Source: the human T2T-CHM13v2.0 reference genome, Homo sapiens
Length of the DNA: 64,000 nucleotides
Strand: one strand, 5' to 3'
Assembly: GCF_009914755.1 (NCBI RefSeq)
Contig: NC_060933.1
Shown one piece after another: positions 56,501 to 64,000 of this stretch. Both the position numbers and the translations under genes were made by a program. The notes under the pieces are model-generated. The model was given only the letters and a program-made list of their open reading frames with translations. It was not told the origin of the DNA and made no database searches. The stretch's first letter is position 1; each line of letters begins with the position of its first letter.

Positions 56501-59500
56501 CAGTTTTGAAGCACTCTTTTTGTAGAATCTGCAAGTGGATATTTTGATACCTTTGAGGATTTCATTGGACACGGGTTATCGTCATATAAAATCTAGACAG
56601 AAGCATTCTCAGAAACTTCTTTGTGCTGTATGTCCTCAATTAACAGAGTTGAACCTTTGTGTGGATACAGCATTTTGGAAACATTCCTTTAGTAGAATCT
56701 GCAAGTTGATATTTAGATAGCTAGGAAGATTTCCTTGGAAACGGGAATATCTTCATATAAAATCTAGACGGAAGCATTCTCAGAAAGTGCTTTGTGATGT
56801 TTGCATTCAAGTCACAGAGTTGAATATTCCCTTTTATAGAGCAGGTTTGAAACACTCTTTCTGCACTACCTGGAAGTGGACATTTGGAGCGCTTTGAGGC
56901 CTATGTTGAAAAACGAAATATCATCCCATAAAAACTAGACAGAAGCATTCTCAGAAACTTGTTTGTGATGTGTGTATTCAACTAACAGAGATGAACCTTT
57001 CTTTTTACAGAGCAGTTTTGAAACACTCTTTTTGTGGAATCTGAAAGTGGATATTTGGATAGCTTTGAGGATTTCGTTGGAAACGGGATTACATATAAAA
57101 CCTAGAGAGAAGCATTCTCAGGAACTTCTTTGTGATGTTTGCCTTCAAGTCACAGGACTGAACATTCCCTTTCATAGAGCAGGTTTGAAACACTCTTTCT
57201 GTAGTATCTGCAAGCTGACGTTTCAAGCGCTTTCAGGCCTATGGTGAGAAAGGAAATATCTTCAAGTAAAAACTAGACAGAAGCATTCTCAGAAACTTAT
57301 TTGCCATGTGTGTTCTCAACTAACAGAGTTGAACCTTTGTTTTGATACGGCATTTTGGAAACACTCTTTTTGTAGAATCTGCAGGTGGATATTCGGATAG
57401 CTTTGAAGGTTTCGTTGGAAACGGGAATATCTTCATATAAAATCTTGACGGAAGCATTCTCAGAAACTGCTTTGTGATGTTTTCATTCAAGTCACAGAGT
57501 AGAATCTTCCCTGTTATATACCAGGTTTCAGACACTCTTTCTGCACTACCTGGAAGTGGACATTTGCAGCGCTTTGAGGCCTATGATGAAAAAGGAAATA
57601 TCTTCCCATAAAAACTAGACAGAAGCATTCTCAGAAACTTGTTTGTGATGTGTGTATTCAACTAACAGAGATGAACCTTTCTTTTTACAGAGCAGTTTTG
57701 AAACACTCTTTTTGTGGAATCTGAAAGTGGATATTTAGATAGCTTTGAGGATTTCGTTGGAAACGGGATTACATATAAAATCTAGAGAGAAGCATTCTCA
57801 GGAACTTCTTTGTGATGTTTGCATTCACGTCACAGAACTGAACATTCCCTTTCATAGAGCATGTTTGAAACACTCTTTCTGTAGTATCTGCAAACGGACA
57901 TTTCAAACGCTTTCAGGCCTGTGGTGAGAAAGGAAATATCTTCAAATAAAAACTAGACAGAAGCATTCTCAGAAACTTATTTGCGATGTGTGTCCTCAAC
58001 TAACAGAGTTGAACCTTTCTTTTGATACAACATTTTGGAAACACTCTTTTTGTGGAATCTGCAAGTGGATATTTGGATAGCTTTGAAGATTTCGTTGGAA
58101 ACGGGAATATCTTCATATAAAATCAAGACAGAAGCATTCTCAGAAACTTCTCTGTGATGTTTGCATTCAACTCATAGAGTTGAACACTTCCCTTCATACA
58201 GCAGGTTTGAAACACTCTTTTTGTAATATTTGGAAGTGGACATTTGCAGCGCTTTGAGGCCTATGATGAAAAAGGTAATATCTTCCCATAAAAACTAGAC
58301 AGAAGCATTCTCAGAAACTTGTTTGTGATGTGTGTATTCAACTAACAGAGATGAACCTTTCTTTTTACAGAGCAGTTTTGAAACACTCTTTTTGTGGAAT
58401 CTGAAAGTGGATATTTGGATAGCTTTGAGGATTTCGTTGGAAACGGGATTACATATAAAATCTAGGGAGAAGCATTCTCAGGAACTTCTTTGTGATGTTT
58501 GCATTCAAGTCACAGAACTGAACATTCCCTTTCATAGAGCATGTTTGAAACACTCTTTCTGTAGTATCTGCAAACGGACATTTCAAACGCTTTCAGGTCT
58601 ATGGTGAGAAAGGAAATATCTTCAAATAAAAACTAGACAGAAGCATTCTCAGAAACTTGTTGGCGATGTGTGTCCTCAACTAACAGAGTTGAACCTTTCT
58701 TTTGATACAACATTTTGGAAACACTCTTTTTGTAGAATCTGCAAGTGGATATTTGGATAGCTTTCAAGGTTTCTTTGGAAACGGGAATATCTTCATATAA
58801 AATCAAGACAGAAGCATTCTCAGAAACTTCTCTGTGATGTTTGCATTCAACTCATAGAGTTGAACACTTCCCTTCATACAGCAGGTTTGAAACACTCTTT
58901 TTATAATATTTGGAAGTGGACATTTGCAGCGCTTTGAGGCCTATGATGAAAAAGGTAATATCTTCCCATAAAAACTAGACAGAAGCATTCTCAGAAACTT
59001 GTTTGTGATGTGTGTATTCAACTAACAGAGATGAACCTTTCTTTTTACAGAGCAGTTTTGAAACACTCTTTGTGTGGAATCTGAAAGTGGATATTTGGAT
59101 AGCTTTGCGGATTTCGTTGGAAACGGGATTACATATAAAATCTAGGGAGAAGCATTCTCAGGAACTTCTTTGTGATGTTTGCATTCAAGTCACAGAACTG
59201 AACATTCCCTTTCATAGAGCAGGTTTGAAACACTCTTTCTGTAGTATCTGCAAGCGGACGTTTTAAGCGCTTTCAGGCCTGTGGTGAGAAAAGAAATATC
59301 TTCAAATAAAAACTAGACAGAAGCATTCTCAGAAACTTATTTGCGATGTGTGTCCTCAACTAACAGAGTTGAACCTTTCTTTTGATACAACATTTTGGAA
59401 ACACTCTTTTTGTAGAATCTGCAAGTGGATATTTGGATAGCTTTGAAGGTTTCGTTGGAAACGGGAATATCTTCATATGAAATCAAGACAGAAGCATTCT

Positions 59501-62500
59501 CAGAAACTTCTCTGTGATGTTTGCATTCAACTCATAGAGTTGAACACTTCCCTTCATACAGCAGGTTTGAAACACTCTTTTTGTAATATTTGGAAGTGGA
59601 CATTTGCAGCGCTTTGAGGCCTATGTTGAAAAAGGAAATATCTTCTCCTAAAAACCAGACAGAAGCATTCTCAGAAACTTCCTTGTGATGTGTGTACTCA
59701 AGTAACAGAGTTGAACCTTCCTTTTGACAGAGCAGTTTTGAAGCACTCTTTTTGTAGAATCTGCAAGTGGATATTTTGATACCTTTGAGGATTTCGTTGG
59801 ACACGGGATATCTTCATATAAAATCTAGACAGAAGCATTCTCAGAAACTTCTTTGTGCTGTATGTCCTCAATTAACAGAGTTGAACCTTTGTGTGGATAC
59901 AGCATTTTGGAAACATTCCTTTAGTAGAATCTGCAAGTTGATATTTAGATAGCTAGGAAGATTTCCTTGGAAACGGGAATATCTTCATATAAAATCTAGA
60001 CGGAAGCATTCTCAGAAAGTGCTTTGTGATGTTTGCATTCAAGTCACAGAGTTGAATATTCCCTTTTATAGAGCAGGTTTGAAACACTCTTTCTGCACTA
60101 CCTGGAAGTGGACATTTGGAGCGCTTTGAGGCCTATGTTGAAAAAGGAAATATCTTCCCATAAAAACTAGACAGAAGCATTCTCAGAAACTTGTTTGTGA
60201 TGTGTGTATTCAACTAACAGAGATGAACCTTTCTTTTTACAGAGCAGTTTTGAAACACTCTTTTTGTGGAATCTGAAAGTGGATATTTGGATAGCTTTGA
60301 GGATTTCGTTGGAAACGGGATTACATATAAAACCTAGAGAGAAGCATTCTCAGGAACTTCTTTGTGATGTTTGCCTTCAAGTCACAGGACTGAACATTCC
60401 CTTTCATAGAGCAGGTTTGAAACACTCTTTCTGTAGTATCTGCAAGCTGACGTTTCAAGCGCTTTCAGGCCTATGGTGAGAAAGGAAATATCTTCAAGTA
60501 AAAACTAGACAGAAGCATTCTCAGAAACTTATTTGCCATGTGTGTTCTCAACTAACAGAGTTGAACCTTTGTTTTGATACGGCATTTTGGAAACACTCTT
60601 TTTGTAGAATCTGCAGGTGGATATTCGGATAGCTTTGAAGGTTTCGTTGGAAACGGGAATATCTTCATATAAAATCTTGACGGAAGCATTCTCAGAAACT
60701 GCTTTGTGATGTTTTCATTCAAGTCACAGAGTAGAATCTTCCCTGTTATATACCAGGTTTCAGACACTCTTTCTGCACTACCTGGAAGTGGACATTTGCA
60801 GCGCTTTGAGGCCTATGATGAAAAAGGAAATATCTTCCCATAAAAACTAGACAGAAGCATTCTCAGAAACTTGTTTGTGATGTGTGTATTCAACTAACAG
60901 AGATGAACCTTTCTTTTTACAGAGCAGTTTTGAAACACTCTTTTTGTGGAATCTGAAAGTGGATATTTGGATAGCTTTGAGGATTTCGTTGGAAACGGGA
61001 TTACATATAAAATCTAGAGAGAAGCATTCTCAGGAACTTCTTTGTGATGTTTGCATTCACGTCACAGAACTGAACATTCCCTTTCATAGAGCATGTTTGA
61101 AACACTCTTTCTGTAGTATCTGCAAACGGACATTTCAAACGCTTTCAGGCCTATGGTGAGAAAGGAAATATCTTCAAATAAAAACTAGACAGAAGCATTC
61201 TCAGAAACTTATTTGCGATGTGTGTCCTCAACTAACAGAGTTGAACCTTTCTTTTGATACAACATTTTGGAAACACTCTTTTTGTGGAATCTGCAAGTGG
61301 ATATTTGGATAGCTTTGAAGGTTTCGTTGGAAACGGGAATATCTTCATATAAAATCAAGACAGAAGCATTCTCAGAAACTTCTCTGTGATGTTTGCATTC
61401 AACTCATAGAGTTGAACACTTCCCTTCATACAGCAGGTTTGAAACACTCTTTTTCTAATATTTGGAAGTGGACTTTTGCAGCGCTTTGAAGCCTATGATG
61501 AAAAAGGTAATATCTTCCCATAAAAACTAGAAAGAAGCATTCTCAGAAACTTGTTTGTGATGTGTGTATTCAACTAACAGAGATGAACCTTTCTTTTTAC
61601 AGAGCAGTTTTGAAGCACTCTTTTTGTAGAATCTGCAAGTGGATATTTTGATACCATTGAGGATTTCGTTGGACACGGGATATCTTCATATAAAATCTAG
61701 ACAGAAGCATTCTCAGAAACTTCTTTGTGCTGTATGTCCTCAATTAACAGAGTTGAACCTTTGTGTGGATACAGCATTTTGGAAACATTCCTTTAGTAGA
61801 ATCTGCAAGTTGATATTTAGATAGCTAGGAAGAGTTCCTTGGAAACGGGAATATCTTCATATAAAATCTAGACGGAAGCATTCTCAGAAAGTGCTTTGTG
61901 ATGTTTGCATTCAAGTCACAGAGTTGAATGTTCCCTTTTATAGAGCAGGTTTGAAACACTCTTTCTGCACTACCTGGAAGTGGACATTTGGAGCGCTTTG
62001 AGGCCTATGTTGAAAAAGGAAATATCTTCCCATAAAAACTAGACAGAAGCATTCTCAGAAACTTGTTTGTGATGTGTGTATTCAACTAACAGAGATGAAC
62101 CTTTCTTTTTACAGAGCAGTTTTGAAACACTCTTTTTGTGGAATCTGAAAGTGGATATTTGGATAGCTTTGAGGATTTCGTTGGAAACGGGATTACATAT
62201 AAAACCTAGAGAGAAGCATTCTCAGGAACTTCTTTGTGATGTTTGCATTCAAGTCACAGAACTGAACATTCCCTTTCATAGAGCAGGTTTGAAACACTCT
62301 TTCTGTAGTATCTGCAAGCTGACGTTTCAAGCGCTTTCAGGCCTATGGTGAGAAAGGAAATATCTTCAAGTAAAAACTAGACAGAAGCATTCTCAGAAAC
62401 TTATTTGCGATGTGTGTTCTCAACTAACAGAGTTGAACCTTTGTTTTGATATGGCATTTTGGAAACACTCTTTTTGTAGAATCTGCAGGTGGATATTCGG

Positions 62501-62830
62501 ATAGCTTTGAAGGTTTCGTTGGAAACGGGAATATCTTCATATAAAATCTAGACGGAAGCATTCTCAGAAACTGCTTTGTGATGTTTTCATTCAAGTCACA
62601 GAGTAGAATGTTCCCTGTTATATACCAGGTTTGAGACACTCTTTCTGCACTACCTGGAAGTGGACATTTGCAGCGCTTTGAGGCCTATGATGAAAAAGGA
62701 AATATCTTCCCATAAAAACTAGACAGAAGCATTCTCAGAAACTTGTTTGTGATGTGTGTATTCAACTAACAGAGATGAACCTTTCTTTTTACAGAGCAGT
62801 TTTGAAACACTCTTTTTGTGGAATCTGAAA
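46010..62830 (+). repeat. Copy 2 of ~16.8 kb intra-array duplication
   Basis: ORF track matches copy 1 item by item from 6365/46345 to 22444/62424. Boundaries are approximate. Confidence 0.92.
56429..59660 (+). repeat. 19-mer HOR (3232 bp), A-B-B'-C; duplicate of 16449-19680
   Basis: Same rare variants at offset 39,980 (tcaggtct 18618/58598; tgtgtggaat 19092/59072). Confidence 0.93.
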
Positions 62831-64000
62831 GTGGATATTTGGATAGCTTTGCGGATTTCGTTGGAAACGGGATTACATATAAAATCTAGGGAGAAGCATT
62901 CTCAGGAACTTCTTTGTGATGTTTGCATTCAAGTCACAGAACTGAACATTCCCTTTCATAGAGCAGGTTTGAAACACTCTTTCTGTAGTATCTGCAAGCG
63001 GACGTTTTAAGCGCTTTCAGGCCTGTGGTGAGAAAAGAAATATCTTCAAATAAAAACTAGACAGAAGCATTCTCAGAAACTTATTTGCGATGTGTGTCCT
63101 CAACTAACAGAGTTGAACCTTTCTTTTGATACAACATTTTGGAAACACTCTTTTTGTAGAATCTGCAAGTGGATATTTGGATAGCTTTGAAGGTTTCGTT
63201 GGAAACGGGAATATCTTCATATGAAATCAAGACAGAAGCATTCTCAGAAACTTCTCTGTGATGTTTGCATTCAACTCATAGAGTTGAACACTTCCCTTCA
63301 TACAGCAGGTTTGAAACACTCTTTTTGTAATATTTGGAAGTGGACATTTGCAGCGCTTTGAGGCCTATGTTGAAAAAGGAAATATCTTCTCCTAAAAACC
63401 AGACAGAAGCATTCTCAGAAACTTCCTTGTGATGTGTGTACTCAAGTAACAGAGTTGAACCTTCCTTTTGACAGAGCAGTTTTGAAGCACTCTTTTTGTA
63501 GAATCTGCAAGTGGATATTTTGATACCTTTGAGGATTTCGTTGGACACGGGATATCTTCATATAAAATCTAGACAGAAGCATTCTCAGAAACTTCTTTGT
63601 GCTGTATGTCCTCAATTAACAGAGTTGAACCTTTGTGTGGATACAGCATTTTGGAAACATTCCTTTAGTAGAATCTGCAAGTTGATATTTAGATAGCTAG
63701 GAAGATTTCCTTGGAAACGGGAATATCTTCATATAAAATCTAGACGGAAGCATTCTCAGAAAGTGCTTTGTGATGTTTGCATTCAAGTCACAGAGTTGAA
63801 TATTCCCTTTTATAGAGCAGGTTTGAAACACTCTTTCTGCACTACCTGGAAGTGGACATTTGGAGCGCTTTGAGGCCTATGTTGAAAAAGGAAATATCTT
63901 CCCATAAAAACTAGACAGAAGCATTCTCAGAAACTTGTTTGTGATGTGTGTATTCAACTAACAGAGATGAACCTTTCTTTTTACAGAGCAGTTTTGAAAC

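Larger units (their letters stand above)
1..64000 (+). repeat. Centromeric alpha-satellite HOR array, SF2-like (dimeric A/B monomers); best guess chr9 D9Z4 (S2C9H1L), alternatives D4Z1 and D8Z2
   Basis: The alphoid consensus motif (a/g)gaagcattctcag(a/g)aa recurs at 115, 286, 457, 628, 795 and onward (spacing 171/171/171/167) to the end of the window, always in the same orientation. CENP-B boxes occur in alternate monomers and HOR copies are near-identical. The alpha-satellite call is secure; the chromosome assignment is inference from the 4+7/11/15/19-mer structure (about 0.5 confidence). Confidence 0.99.

Noticed and set aside
39-63696. Recurrent 60-97 aa ORFs on both strands (MYSTNRDEP..., MDILIPLR..., MSNEILKG..., MSQ/ETWY...)
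   Set aside because: They are chance open frames in alpha-satellite, repeated with the HOR period. Many start at GTG/TTG, stops are gained and lost freely among copies, and I recognise no domain. I used them only as positional markers.
1-64000. CRISPR-like array (conserved agaagcattctcagaaact motif with variable intervening sequence)
   Set aside because: The intervening sequences are ~150-bp homologous monomer bodies, not unique spacers. There are no cas genes, and the sequence is primate alphoid DNA.
1-64000. L1/Alu/ERV insertion or inversion within the array
   Set aside because: Anchor spacings are fully accounted for by 512 + n x 680 bp (minus two small deletions). I saw no non-alphoid sequence, poly-A tail or reverse-orientation monomer.
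1-64000. Complete 39,980-bp tandem repeat
   Set aside because: Positions 1-5968 do not match 39981-45948 in HOR order or SNVs, and the match ends by 22872/62852, so only ~16.8 kb is shared.
1-64000. Firm chromosome assignment or location of the CENP-A/kinetochore (CDR) domain
   Set aside because: Assignment needs HMM or alignment to reference HORs, since chr9, chr4 and chr8 arrays have related 4n+3 structures. The CDR needs methylation or CENP-A data.

Overview
The whole 64 kb window is one uninterrupted, head-to-tail primate (almost certainly human) centromeric alpha-satellite higher-order-repeat (HOR) array. Monomers are ~171 bp, and CENP-B-box and pJalpha-type monomers alternate, as in suprachromosomal family 2. 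I see no genes, transposon insertions or inversions, and all listed ORFs are repeat artefacts. HOR length follows a rule: one 512-bp 3-mer plus n 680-bp 4-mers. The 27 complete units are 14 11-mers (1872 bp), 9 15-mers (2552 bp, one 2548 bp) and 4 19-mers (3232 bp). This fits chr9 D9Z4 best, with chr4 D4Z1 and chr8 D8Z2 as alternatives I cannot exclude. The interesting signal lies above the HOR level. There is a ~16.8 kb near-identical duplication at offset 39,980 bp, nested tandem duplications with periods of 3744, 4424 and 5104 bp, and same-length HORs of independent origin. There are also hybrid monomers, short conversion-like patches and lineage-specific CENP-B box losses. I find no evidence for a novel coding system.
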